From assembly GCA_025454755.1 (NCBI GenBank), contig JALONV010000009.1, positions 7,561-71,560 on the forward strand: 64,000 nucleotides of DNA, in the 5' to 3' direction. Numbering within the stretch: the stretch's first letter is position 1; each line of letters begins with the position of its first letter. The notes under the pieces were generated by a model. The model saw only the letters and a list, made by a program, of their open reading frames with translations. It ran no database searches and was not told the DNA's origin. The position numbers were made by a program, and so were the translations under genes. Shown here piece by piece: positions 8,016-16,654 of this stretch. This DNA comes from Bacteroidales bacterium. Lineage in GTDB: Bacteria; Bacteroidota; Bacteroidia; Bacteroidales; VadinHA17.

Positions 8016-9554
8016 ATGCTTATAAGAACATTTGCCAGTGCCGTTACCGGTATTGACGCAGTGACAGTTACCATAGAGGTTAATGTGTCGCGCGGGATCC
8101 GTTTTTTTCTTGTAGGACTGCCAGATGTTGCAGTCAAGGAGAGCCAGCAGAGAATTGAATCTGCCCTCCGTTCGTTAGGTCATAAATGGCCCGGCAAACA
8201 GGTACTGATAAACATGGCCCCTGCAGACATCAGGAAAGAGGGATCATCATACGACCTTCCCCTTGCAATGGGCATACTTACTGCCGATGAAAAAGTAGTA
8301 AAAGACGAAATAGAATCCTATATATTGATGGGAGAGCTTTCCCTTGACGGAACTCTTCAGCCGGTGAGAGGTGTGCTGCCTATCGCTCTCAGGGCACGTG
8401 AGGAGAAGTTCAGGGGTGTCATAGTCCCCGTAAAAAATGCACGCGAAGCAGCTGTGGTAAATGGTCTGGATGTTTTTGGTATGGAGAATCTTGGTGAAGT
8501 GGTCGATTTCTTCAATGGCATGAAGAAATTCGAACCGGTTAAAGTCGATCTGATGGAGATCTTCAACAATGAAGCAAACAAATATGATGTTGATTTTTCT
8601 GATGTCAGGGGACAGGAAAATGTCAAGAGGGCCCTGGAGGTGGCTGCCGCAGGCGGCCACAACATACTTATGATCGGCCCTCCCGGCGCAGGCAAAACGA
8701 TGCTGGCAAAAAGGATCCCTACAATAATTCCGCCTCTGACCCTCGAGGAAGCCCTGGAAACCACCAAGATACACTCTGTCGCGGGAAAGATCGACGACCA
8801 TACTGCCCTCATGACCCGAAGACCTTTCCGGTCGCCACACCATACTATTTCAGATGTTGCGCTTGTTGGCGGAGGAACATTCCCCCAGCCGGGAGAAATA
8901 TCTCTTGGCCATAACGGAGTACTTTTCCTCGACGAACTGCCGGAATTCAAGCGTACTGTGCTCGAAGTAATGAGACAACCTCTTGAAGACAGGGTTATAA
9001 CTATCTCCAGGGCTAAATCGACAGTGGATTATCCTGCTTCATTTATGCTGGTAGCAAGCATGAATCCCTGTCCGTGCGGATTCCATAACCACCCGGAAAA
9101 AGAGTGCATGTGCTCTCCCGGTATGGTTCAAAAATACCTTAACAGGATCTCTGGTCCTCTGCTTGACAGAATAGATATACATATCGAGGTTGTCCCCGTG
9201 AAATATGACAAACTGACAGAATCAGGAAAAACTGAGAAATCAGCTGTTGTAAGGGAAAGAGTGGTAAAGGCCAGGGCAATACAGGCAGCCAGGTTTGCTA
9301 CAATAAAGGGAGTCTATTCGAATGCACATATGTCATCGTCAATGCAGAGAAGATATTGCCAGCTCGATGAAACGGGAGGAAGGCTTCTTAAGACTGCCAT
9401 GGAGCTTAGAGGATTATCGGCAAGAGCATACGACAGGATTCTGAAAGTGGCGCGTACTATTGCCGATCTGGCTGAATCGGAAAATATTACATCTGAACAT
9501 ATTTCTGAGGCAATCAACTACAGGAATCTCGACAGAGAAGGCTGGGCTGGCTGA
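8016..9554 (+). CDS. comM: YifB/ComM Mg-chelatase-like AAA+ ATPase
   Basis: NMAPADIRKEGSSYDLP, GELSLDG, GPPGAGKT, FRSPHHT, LFLDELPEF, MNPCPCG, SGPLLDRID, LSARAYDRILKVARTIADL. Confidence 0.95.
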   Translation: MLIRTFASAVTGIDAVTVTIEVNVSRGIRFFLVGLPDVAVKESQQRIESALRSLGHKWPGKQVLINMAPADIRKEGSSYDLPLAMGILTADEKVVKDEIESYILMGELSLDGTLQPVRGVLPIALRAREEKFRGVIVPVKNAREAAVVNGLDVFGMENLGEVVDFFNGMKKFEPVKVDLMEIFNNEANKYDVDFSDVRGQENVKRALEVAAAGGHNILMIGPPGAGKTMLAKRIPTIIPPLTLEEALETTKIHSVAGKIDDHTALMTRRPFRSPHHTISDVALVGGGTFPQPGEISLGHNGVLFLDELPEFKRTVLEVMRQPLEDRVITISRAKSTVDYPASFMLVASMNPCPCGFHNHPEKECMCSPGMVQKYLNRISGPLLDRIDIHIEVVPVKYDKLTESGKTEKSAVVRERVVKARAIQAARFATIKGVYSNAHMSSSMQRRYCQLDETGGRLLKTAMELRGLSARAYDRILKVARTIADLAESENITSEHISEAINYRNLDREGWAG

Positions 9555-9558
9555 GTTC

Positions 9559-9654
9559 GGCTTCGCTCACTCAGACCAGCCCAGGCTTCGCTCACTCAGA
9601 CCAGCCCAGGCTTCGCTCACTCAGACCAGCCCAGGCTTCGCTCACTCAGACCAG
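9559..9654 (+). repeat. Tandem repeat, 25-bp unit GGCTTCGCTCACTCAGACCAGCCCA, 3 full copies plus 21 bp
   Basis: Read directly from sequence; units are identical. Confidence 0.97.
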
Positions 9655-9679
9655 GTTATAATTAGTTTGCTGCAAATCC

Positions 9680-10048
9680 ATGAAAAGACTTTATGTATAT
9701 ATTTTAGAATGTGCAGATGATAGCTTTTACGTAGGAGTTACTAATAATGTCGGAAGACGGTTTATTGAACACATGACTGGTATAAAAGAGAATTCATACA
9801 CTTTCAACAGAAGGCCTTTGAAATTAGTGTTTTGCAGGGAATTTGAGCGGCCAATGAAAGCAATTAATTATGAGAAACAGGTAAAAGGTTGGACAAGAGC
9901 CAAAAAAATGGCACTCATCAATTCGGATTTTAAGCTCTTACATGAATTAGCTAAATGTAAAAACGAAACATCTCATACAAATTACATGGTCAGAGTGAGC
10001 GAAGCCGAACGAGGACCATGTAAGCGAAGCCGAACGAGGACCATGTAA
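9680..10048 (+). CDS. Small GIY-YIG nuclease (UPF0213/YazA-like)
   Basis: YVYILECADDSFYVG, RRFIEH, EKQVKGWTRAKK; the last ~20 aa are encoded by the downstream repeat. Confidence 0.9.
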   Translation: MKRLYVYILECADDSFYVGVTNNVGRRFIEHMTGIKENSYTFNRRPLKLVFCREFERPMKAINYEKQVKGWTRAKKMALINSDFKLLHELAKCKNETSHTNYMVRVSEAERGPCKRSRTRTM

Positions 10049-10092
10049 GCGAAGCCGAACGAGGACCATGTAAGCGAAGCCGAACGATGACC
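9998..10092 (+). repeat. Tandem repeat, 25-bp unit AGCGAAGCCGAACGAGGACCATGTA, 3 full copies plus a partial copy
   Basis: Read directly from sequence. Confidence 0.97.
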
Positions 10093-10100
10093 CAGTTACA

Positions 10101-10178
10101 GGAGTGATTTTCCTTTGTGCTCTTAGTGGTTAAAATTTAAAATCATTTTATTCCTCAATTTCAAGCTAAAATCACTCC
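10101..10178. repeat. 78-bp segment bounded by 11-bp perfect inverted repeats
   Basis: GGAGTGATTTT (10101) and AAAATCACTCC (10168). Confidence 0.6.
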
Positions 10179-10280
10179 CAATCCTCTTAATACTTAAATC
10201 GATATTAATATTGGTTTTATTTGCAGTCTTGTTAATTTTTGTTAATTTTATCTTGTTAAAACCTACCTGATTAACCCGGC

Positions 10281-11396
10281 ATGGATCTCACCCGCAAGAT
10301 TCGCACCATGTTGATGGAGCAGCGCCTTATGTTTGTATACAGAGGCATTGTAACAAATGATAATTCCATACCCCTGCTGATGCTTCTTGAAAAAGAGATG
10401 GAGACCGCTGAATTCGGATTTGTAGGCCGTAAAAGACTTTTTATGTTTGTTCTGGAGAGCCTTCAGAATGTTTCACGACACAGCAACGGGACGGTTCATT
10501 CAAATATGTCGCTGGTTGTCTATTCCAAGCAAAGTGGAGGTTATACCGTTACGACCGGGAATGTCATTTCCACTGCCAATATAGAAGATCTTAAGAAGCG
10601 CCTCGATGAGATAAACAACCTGGCCACCGATGAGATCAGGAATGTGTACAGGCAAATGCTGAGTAATTCAGAATTCAGCAGTAAGGGCGGCGCCGGGCTG
10701 GGCCTTATTGAAATGGCCAAGAAAACAGGAAACAAACTCGATTATGACTTCCTGAAGCTCGACGATCAGAACTCATACTTTATCCTGAGCAAAACTGTTG
10801 ATTCTGAAGGAACCGGTGTTCATTTCAGTAACAACGAAAAACCTTTTCACGGGAAGGCCGTGTCACAACTCGAAAGAATCATGGCAGATAACAATATCTA
10901 TCTTCTCTGGTCGGGACATATTACTCCGGATGTCGGAAAAGAGGTTATTTCATTTACCGAGACGAAGCTCTCTGAAGATGATATTGAAGCAAACCTGAGA
11001 AGGAGGGTATTCAGCATTCTTGTCGAGATAATAGAGAATGTGGCAAAATACAGTCCGGGGAAGGAGGCTGAAGAGAAATTCGGAATGCCTGTGGCAATGA
11101 TAAGGTTTGAGAATAAAACATACTCTCTTACAACAGGCAACCTTATCCTTAATGAAAAAGTCGCTCATCTGAAGGAAAAACTCGAACTGATCAATCAGTA
11201 CGACAAAATAGGACTCAAGGAATTATTCAGGAAATCTCTTTCAGGCCAGACAATAAATTCTGAAAGCACCGGCAACATGGGTTTGATAGATATGGCAAGA
11301 AAATCAGGGAGCAAGCTGGCATACGAATTTGAAGAAATAAACGACCAGTTTTCCTATTACACCCTTACCGTTAAGGTTGAGGATAGACCTCTTTAA
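10281..11396 (+). CDS. SiaB-family (GHKL-like) protein kinase, tandem two-domain form
   Basis: Two homologous halves: ESLQNVSRHS...TTGN...GGAGLGLIEMAKKTG and EIIENVAKYS...TTGN...TGNMGLIDMARKSG. Confidence 0.8.
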   Translation: MDLTRKIRTMLMEQRLMFVYRGIVTNDNSIPLLMLLEKEMETAEFGFVGRKRLFMFVLESLQNVSRHSNGTVHSNMSLVVYSKQSGGYTVTTGNVISTANIEDLKKRLDEINNLATDEIRNVYRQMLSNSEFSSKGGAGLGLIEMAKKTGNKLDYDFLKLDDQNSYFILSKTVDSEGTGVHFSNNEKPFHGKAVSQLERIMADNNIYLLWSGHITPDVGKEVISFTETKLSEDDIEANLRRRVFSILVEIIENVAKYSPGKEAEEKFGMPVAMIRFENKTYSLTTGNLILNEKVAHLKEKLELINQYDKIGLKELFRKSLSGQTINSESTGNMGLIDMARKSGSKLAYEFEEINDQFSYYTLTVKVEDRPL

Positions 11397-12139
11397 TCAA
11401 AAATTATGAGATTCAGGGTATTGCCATCCCATTCGGCATAACTGCTGTGTTTTATCCAGTCACCGAGAAAAATAATTTCTCCATCCTCTTTCATTTGGTA
11501 TGTCATTGCCATGTGTCGATGTCCGAAAACGAAATAATCCATTTTTTCCTTTGCTGAAACAGATGAAGCGTACCTGATCAGATCCTCTTTATCTTCTCCC
11601 AGAAAATCAAGCGAAATGCCTTTTCCAAGTCTCGAGCTGAGAGACCATTTGTGCCCGATACCAACACCGATTGAGGGATGAAGTGCTGAATAGAGAATCC
11701 TGAGAGGTCTGTTGTGGAATATCCACAGGAGTATCTTATAACCAACGCTTTTCGATCCGAGTCCCTCACCATGGGCCAGATGAAATTTCTTCCCGTTAAA
11801 GGAAGTTGTCAGCGGACCGGTATGCACAATGATCCCGCACTCTTTTGTAAGATAATCGCCAACCCACATGTCATGATTTCCGGTAAAGAAATGGACCGGA
11901 ATGCCTGAATCGGTAATTGAAGCAACCTTACCCAGGAATCTCGTAAATCCGCGCGGAACGACGAGTTTGTACTCCCACCAGAAATCAAAAATATCGCCCA
12001 TCAGGTAAATCTCTTCAGCTTCCCCGGCAACCGTGTCGAGCCAACCGACAATTTTCTTCTCCCGCTCAATAGGTGAGGTGCCTGCGCTGAGGCCAAGATG
12101 AAAATCGGATGCAAAAAATATTTTTCCGGGATGGGCCAT
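11393..12139 (-). CDS. lpxH: UDP-2,3-diacylglucosamine diphosphatase
   Basis: SDFHLG, GDIFDFW, GNHD, AHGEG, FGHRH, LGDWI metallophosphoesterase motifs. Confidence 0.9.
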   Translation of the reverse strand: MAHPGKIFFASDFHLGLSAGTSPIEREKKIVGWLDTVAGEAEEIYLMGDIFDFWWEYKLVVPRGFTRFLGKVASITDSGIPVHFFTGNHDMWVGDYLTKECGIIVHTGPLTTSFNGKKFHLAHGEGLGSKSVGYKILLWIFHNRPLRILYSALHPSIGVGIGHKWSLSSRLGKGISLDFLGEDKEDLIRYASSVSAKEKMDYFVFGHRHMAMTYQMKEDGEIIFLGDWIKHSSYAEWDGNTLNLIIFD

Positions 12140-12147
12140 GCCTGTTA

Positions 12148-13308
12148 TCAGTTGTTGAGTAATTGTAAAAGTCTAAGCTGAAGCGCTTTTCCGTGAAGGT
12201 TTGATTCAATGATATTTCCTTTCGGATCGAACAGGTAATTGGCAGGAACGGATTTTACATTGAACAGCAATGCATTTCTTGGATTTTCCGGATCATCTTC
12301 CCTCGTGCTTATCCATGGAAGCTCATCGAACTTTACTGCAGCCTTCCATTTTGCCTCATCGGTATCGAGACTGATCTGGTATATCTCGAATCCCTTTTTA
12401 TTGTAGATTTTATAAAACTCTTTCAACTGCAAATTTTCAGCAATACAATCCCTTGATTCTGACGACCAGAAAGCCAGCAGGACATATTTCCCCCTCAGGG
12501 ATGACAGAGCTACGATCCTGCCGTTTATATCCTTCAATACCGGATCAAGCTTTGTTTCAGGAAGATTCTCAACCAGCTGATTCAGCTTTATGGCATTCAA
12601 TTCCCTTATTCCCTCCTCCAAAGATTTAACCAGCGCTTTTGTATGTCTTGAGTCTGGATAATAACGTGTTAGTGAATCAGAAGCGATTTTCAGATACTGA
12701 AGATCATATTTGTCATAAAGCACATAAGTCTTGTCATTCAGTTTCTGGTAGAGAGCTTTTATCGTGGCAAGGGATGTGATATTTTTGACCACAAATTCAA
12801 TATTGAAACGTCTTTGAGCCTTTGCAATAGCCAGAGCTTCCTGTGAAAGCTTTTCCTGGACAGCAGCCGCTTCCGGTTCCGTGGATGCTTTTTTGAACAG
12901 TATATCGAGCGAGTCCAGCTTTCGCCTGGTATCAAGCAGTTTATAATCAAGTGTCTGAACCAGTTCAGAACCCTCAGAACCTTCAACAGCATAATTCAGA
13001 TAGAGATTTTCATCAGCAAATGTCAGGTTTATTTTCTCCCCGGGTTCTGCAAGAAGAGTCATAAAATTGGTCGGAGAGAAACCTGCCTGGTAGAAATCGG
13101 GTTCTGTAGCTTTTATCCTGATCCTGAATCTTCCATTACTGCTGATCTTTGCTGAATCGATGAATTCTATGCTATTGATATCAACTTTAGTTATAGTAAT
13201 ATATTCATGAGTGTGGTCCTTTATTGTCCCATTTACAGTAAACGAATCATTCTTCCTGCATCCGGAAAGGATGGCAAGAGGGATTAGAAGGAGCAGTATT
13301 TTTTTCAT
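12148..13308 (-). CDS. DUF4369 plus TlpA/AhpC-TSA thioredoxin-like lipoprotein (SXXC variant)
   Basis: LSGC lipobox; LRGKYVLLAFWSSESRDC, GFEIYQISLD, VPANYLFD. Confidence 0.85.
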   Translation of the reverse strand: MKKILLLLIPLAILSGCRKNDSFTVNGTIKDHTHEYITITKVDINSIEFIDSAKISSNGRFRIRIKATEPDFYQAGFSPTNFMTLLAEPGEKINLTFADENLYLNYAVEGSEGSELVQTLDYKLLDTRRKLDSLDILFKKASTEPEAAAVQEKLSQEALAIAKAQRRFNIEFVVKNITSLATIKALYQKLNDKTYVLYDKYDLQYLKIASDSLTRYYPDSRHTKALVKSLEEGIRELNAIKLNQLVENLPETKLDPVLKDINGRIVALSSLRGKYVLLAFWSSESRDCIAENLQLKEFYKIYNKKGFEIYQISLDTDEAKWKAAVKFDELPWISTREDDPENPRNALLFNVKSVPANYLFDPKGNIIESNLHGKALQLRLLQLLNN

Positions 13309-13346
13309 CAGCTAATTATTAAAAGCAGAGCTATGTATCTGATTTT

Positions 13347-14516
13347 TCAATTTTTGAACAGTTCGGCAAGTTTTCTCTGCAGCATTTCGCCTCGCAGGTT
13401 GGACGCAATCACACGGCCTTCCCTGTCGAGAAGAAAATTATTTGGTATTTGCTCCAGCTTATATAACGGTACAACCACCGATTGCCAGTATTTAAGATCG
13501 CTTACATGTATCCATCTGTCCAGATTATCTTCCCGGATACCTTTGATCCAGGCTTCTTTCGTCTTGTCGAGCGATACCTGGTAGATCTGGAATCCACGGT
13601 TATGATATTTATCGTATGCATCGACAAGATTCGGATTCTCATCCCTGCAGGGTTTGCACCATGCTGCCCAGAAATCCAGCAAAACAATATTTCCTCTCGT
13701 TGAGGAGAGCTTAACCGTATCACCCTCTGTATCAGGCAAGGCGATCTCAGGCGCCTGAACACTCTCATATAGCACAGGAGATCTTAGCTTTTGGGCTTCT
13801 ATTTCTGATTTCAGTCCCTGGACCTGTTCATGAAGTGATTTTACCGGTTCATAATCAGGATATAAGCGGGAAAGCGAAGAGTCAACCTTAATGAAATATT
13901 CGATATCTTTTTCAGGATGAAGTATATACTCGCCGGGAGCCACCTGCTGGTACAGGGCAACCAGGCTGACAAGAGAATTCAGGTTATTATCAATATATTC
14001 CTTTGTATACCTGTTCAGATCGTCAATCTGGATCTGTGCCAGGCTGTCGAGCCTGTCCATTACCACCGCCAGCTGGTCGGCTCCAAGGTTCTGGATGTAA
14101 ACGTCATAAAGCTTCTTCAGCTGGTTGATTGTTTTCAGAAGGCGCTTGTTATATTCGTTCATCAGCTCAGTGCCCTTTGATCCGGTAATTGATGCAGGAT
14201 AATTGAGTGAATCCTGGTATGATTTTACAGTTATGTTCTGTCCGGGTTCCAGGAGCATTGTAAGGAAATTAGTCTCATCTGTCTTTATAAGGTAAAATGA
14301 GGGATACTCTATCTTCCTTCTGAATAAAAATGTACCATCTTCCTCAATAATTGCCGAGTCGACTGTTATAAGTTCAGTGGACCTGAGTTCATCGAGATAT
14401 AGAAATACCCCGTTTGCGGGAGCTAAAAGTTTGCCGTTAATCTCAATATTGTTATTTTTACAGCCTGCAGCAATCAGGGCAGTCAATAACAAGAAAGTGG
14501 CTATTTTAATCATCAA
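13347..14516 (-). CDS. DUF4369 plus TlpA disulfide reductase lipoprotein
   Basis: AAGC lipobox; DFWAAWCKPC, GFQIYQVSLD, IPNNFLLD. Confidence 0.9.
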   Translation of the reverse strand: MMIKIATFLLLTALIAAGCKNNNIEINGKLLAPANGVFLYLDELRSTELITVDSAIIEEDGTFLFRRKIEYPSFYLIKTDETNFLTMLLEPGQNITVKSYQDSLNYPASITGSKGTELMNEYNKRLLKTINQLKKLYDVYIQNLGADQLAVVMDRLDSLAQIQIDDLNRYTKEYIDNNLNSLVSLVALYQQVAPGEYILHPEKDIEYFIKVDSSLSRLYPDYEPVKSLHEQVQGLKSEIEAQKLRSPVLYESVQAPEIALPDTEGDTVKLSSTRGNIVLLDFWAAWCKPCRDENPNLVDAYDKYHNRGFQIYQVSLDKTKEAWIKGIREDNLDRWIHVSDLKYWQSVVVPLYKLEQIPNNFLLDREGRVIASNLRGEMLQRKLAELFKN

Positions 14517-14692
14517 TCAGCAGGTTAATTAGTACTCTTTTAAAATTATTGAACTGCAAAGTTATTCATTTTTTTCACCGGCAGGCATGAGGGAAAAACT
14601 ATTAATTTTTTTCCCCTTGTGCAGAGGGTTTGCAATGTTGGAGAAAAAATGTTATCTTAAAAGACTTTTTTGTTAATACAAATTGTAATTAT

Positions 14693-16639
14693 ATGAGTTA
14701 CATCAAGTTCGAAAAAGGACAAATTGTAAACCTGGAATATTCACTGGGAAGGGAAATGCTCCGGACAAACAGGGCCGGAACATATGCTTCCACAACAATT
14801 GTAGAATGTAATACCCGCAAATACCACGGATTGCTTATTTGTCCTGTCGATGAGCTTGGCGGAGGCAGATTTGTGCTGCTCTCCTCTCTTGATGTCACAG
14901 TAATTAATGAAAACCAGAGCTTTAACATAGGGATCAGAAAATATAAAGGAGACTATTTCAGCCCCAAGGGACATAAATATCTTGAGGACTTTGCAACAGA
15001 GATCATACCGATGCGTATATTCCGGGTGGGCAATGTACTGCTGAAAATGGAACGACTCCTTGTTCATTATGAGGAACAGCTGATTGTAAGATATACAGTT
15101 CTTGAAGCCAGCGAAAAGATGAAACTGCAGTTAAGGCCCTTTCTGGCTTTCCGCAGCATCCATGAGCTTACTCATGCAAATCTTTCCGCAAATACCAAGA
15201 TAGAGCCGGTAAAGAACGGTATACGGTCGAAACTGTATGACGGATTCCCTTATCTGAACATGCAATTTTCAACAAAAGCCGAATTTGTTCATGTTCCCGA
15301 CTGGTACCTCGGCGTTGAATATCTGGAGGAGCAAAGAAGGGGCTACGACTATTCAGAAGATCTCTTTACTCCGGGTTTCTTTGAACTGGAAGCAAAGAAA
15401 GGCGATGAAATCATATTCTCTGCTTCCACAAAAGAGGAGAGCCCTGCAGGCTTAAAAGCTAAATTCGAAAAGAATATTACAGGAAAAATCCCACGCGACA
15501 ATTTTGTCGATTGCCTGAGGAATGCCGCCCAGCAGTTTGTTGAAAAAAGGGGAGGCGATACGCTTATTATTGCAGGCTATCCATGGTTCGGAGCCTGGGG
15601 ACGGGATACATTCATCTCACTGCCGGGCATTGCACTCGCGCGCCGCAAACTTGACCTTTATGGTGATGTTCTTGACACACAGGTAAAAAGAATGAAGGAC
15701 GGATTGTTCCCGAATATGGGAACAGCCGGTCATTATGCATTCAATTCCGTTGATGCTCCGCTCTGGTTTTTCTGGGCACTCCAGCAATATGTGCTGAATG
15801 GCGGAAAGGATTGCATCAAACGCTATGGGGAAGCTGCAAAATCTGTCCTTAATGCCTATAAAAACGGAACAGCCTATAATATACATGTGAGGGAAAATGG
15901 TCTGGTATATGCCGATGCCCCGGGTAAATCTCTTACATGGATGGATGCCGTTGTCAACGGAGTTCCTGTTACACCGCGACGCGGATATGCAGTTGAAATA
16001 AATGCCCTCTGGTATAATGCCGTATGTTTTACCATTGAAATGGCAAAATCGGAAAAAGACAAACAGTTTATTAAGGAATATGACTATCTGCCGGAACTCA
16101 TTAAAAAATCCTTTCTTGACTTGTTCTGGGATGAGAAAAAAGGATACCTGGCCGATTATGTAAATGATCAGGAGGGAAAGAACTTCTTTAAGAGACCCAA
16201 TATGGTAATTGCCGTTTCACTTCCCTGGTCTATGCTCGATAAGGAACAGATGAAAAAAGTTCTTGATGTTGCTGATAAAGAACTTGTGACGCCAAGAGGA
16301 CTCAGAACTCTTTCTCCGGGCCATAAATTATACAAAGGTATCTATTACGGGAACCAGGAGGCCAGGGATAATGCGTATCATCAGGGTACGGTGTGGCCCT
16401 GGTTGTTTGGACCTTTCTGCGAAGGATGGCTGAAAGTTTATGGCAAACAGGGAGTTCAGAAAGTGAGGAACCTGATATTCGGACTCGAAGAATGTATGAG
16501 TGAACATGGTGTCAGCACGTTGTCAGAAATACACGACGGTGATCCGCCTCATGCACCCCGCGGAGCAATCTCACAGGCATGGAGTGTTGGCGAGGTGCTG
16601 AGGATCATAGAGTTGCTGGGGAACGATTATTCTAATTAG
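14693..16639 (+). CDS. Glycogen debranching enzyme (amylo-alpha-1,6-glucosidase)
   Basis: TRKYHGLL, IIAGYPWF..WGRDTFISLPG, SVDAPLW, LTWMDA, AYHQGTVWPW, SQAWSV; start moved to ATG 14693. Confidence 0.92.
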   Translation: MSYIKFEKGQIVNLEYSLGREMLRTNRAGTYASTTIVECNTRKYHGLLICPVDELGGGRFVLLSSLDVTVINENQSFNIGIRKYKGDYFSPKGHKYLEDFATEIIPMRIFRVGNVLLKMERLLVHYEEQLIVRYTVLEASEKMKLQLRPFLAFRSIHELTHANLSANTKIEPVKNGIRSKLYDGFPYLNMQFSTKAEFVHVPDWYLGVEYLEEQRRGYDYSEDLFTPGFFELEAKKGDEIIFSASTKEESPAGLKAKFEKNITGKIPRDNFVDCLRNAAQQFVEKRGGDTLIIAGYPWFGAWGRDTFISLPGIALARRKLDLYGDVLDTQVKRMKDGLFPNMGTAGHYAFNSVDAPLWFFWALQQYVLNGGKDCIKRYGEAAKSVLNAYKNGTAYNIHVRENGLVYADAPGKSLTWMDAVVNGVPVTPRRGYAVEINALWYNAVCFTIEMAKSEKDKQFIKEYDYLPELIKKSFLDLFWDEKKGYLADYVNDQEGKNFFKRPNMVIAVSLPWSMLDKEQMKKVLDVADKELVTPRGLRTLSPGHKLYKGIYYGNQEARDNAYHQGTVWPWLFGPFCEGWLKVYGKQGVQKVRNLIFGLEECMSEHGVSTLSEIHDGDPPHAPRGAISQAWSVGEVLRIIELLGNDYSN

Positions 16640-16654
16640 TTAAAGAGGCAGGAT

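Larger units (their letters stand above)
9542..10092 (+). mobile_element. Putative REP-bounded GIY-YIG nuclease element
   Basis: Nuclease gene between 24-bp inverted repeats (9555..9578 and 9987..10010, 1 mismatch), each expanded into a tandem array; begins at the comM stop codon. Confidence 0.65.

Noticed and set aside
9460-9720. 86-aa ORF spanning the comM end and the repeats
   Set aside because: Overlaps comM and the nuclease gene; it stays open only because the repeat lacks stop codons.
9559-10092. CRISPR array interpretation of the 25-bp repeats
   Set aside because: Units are head-to-tail and identical with no unique spacers; no cas genes in the window.
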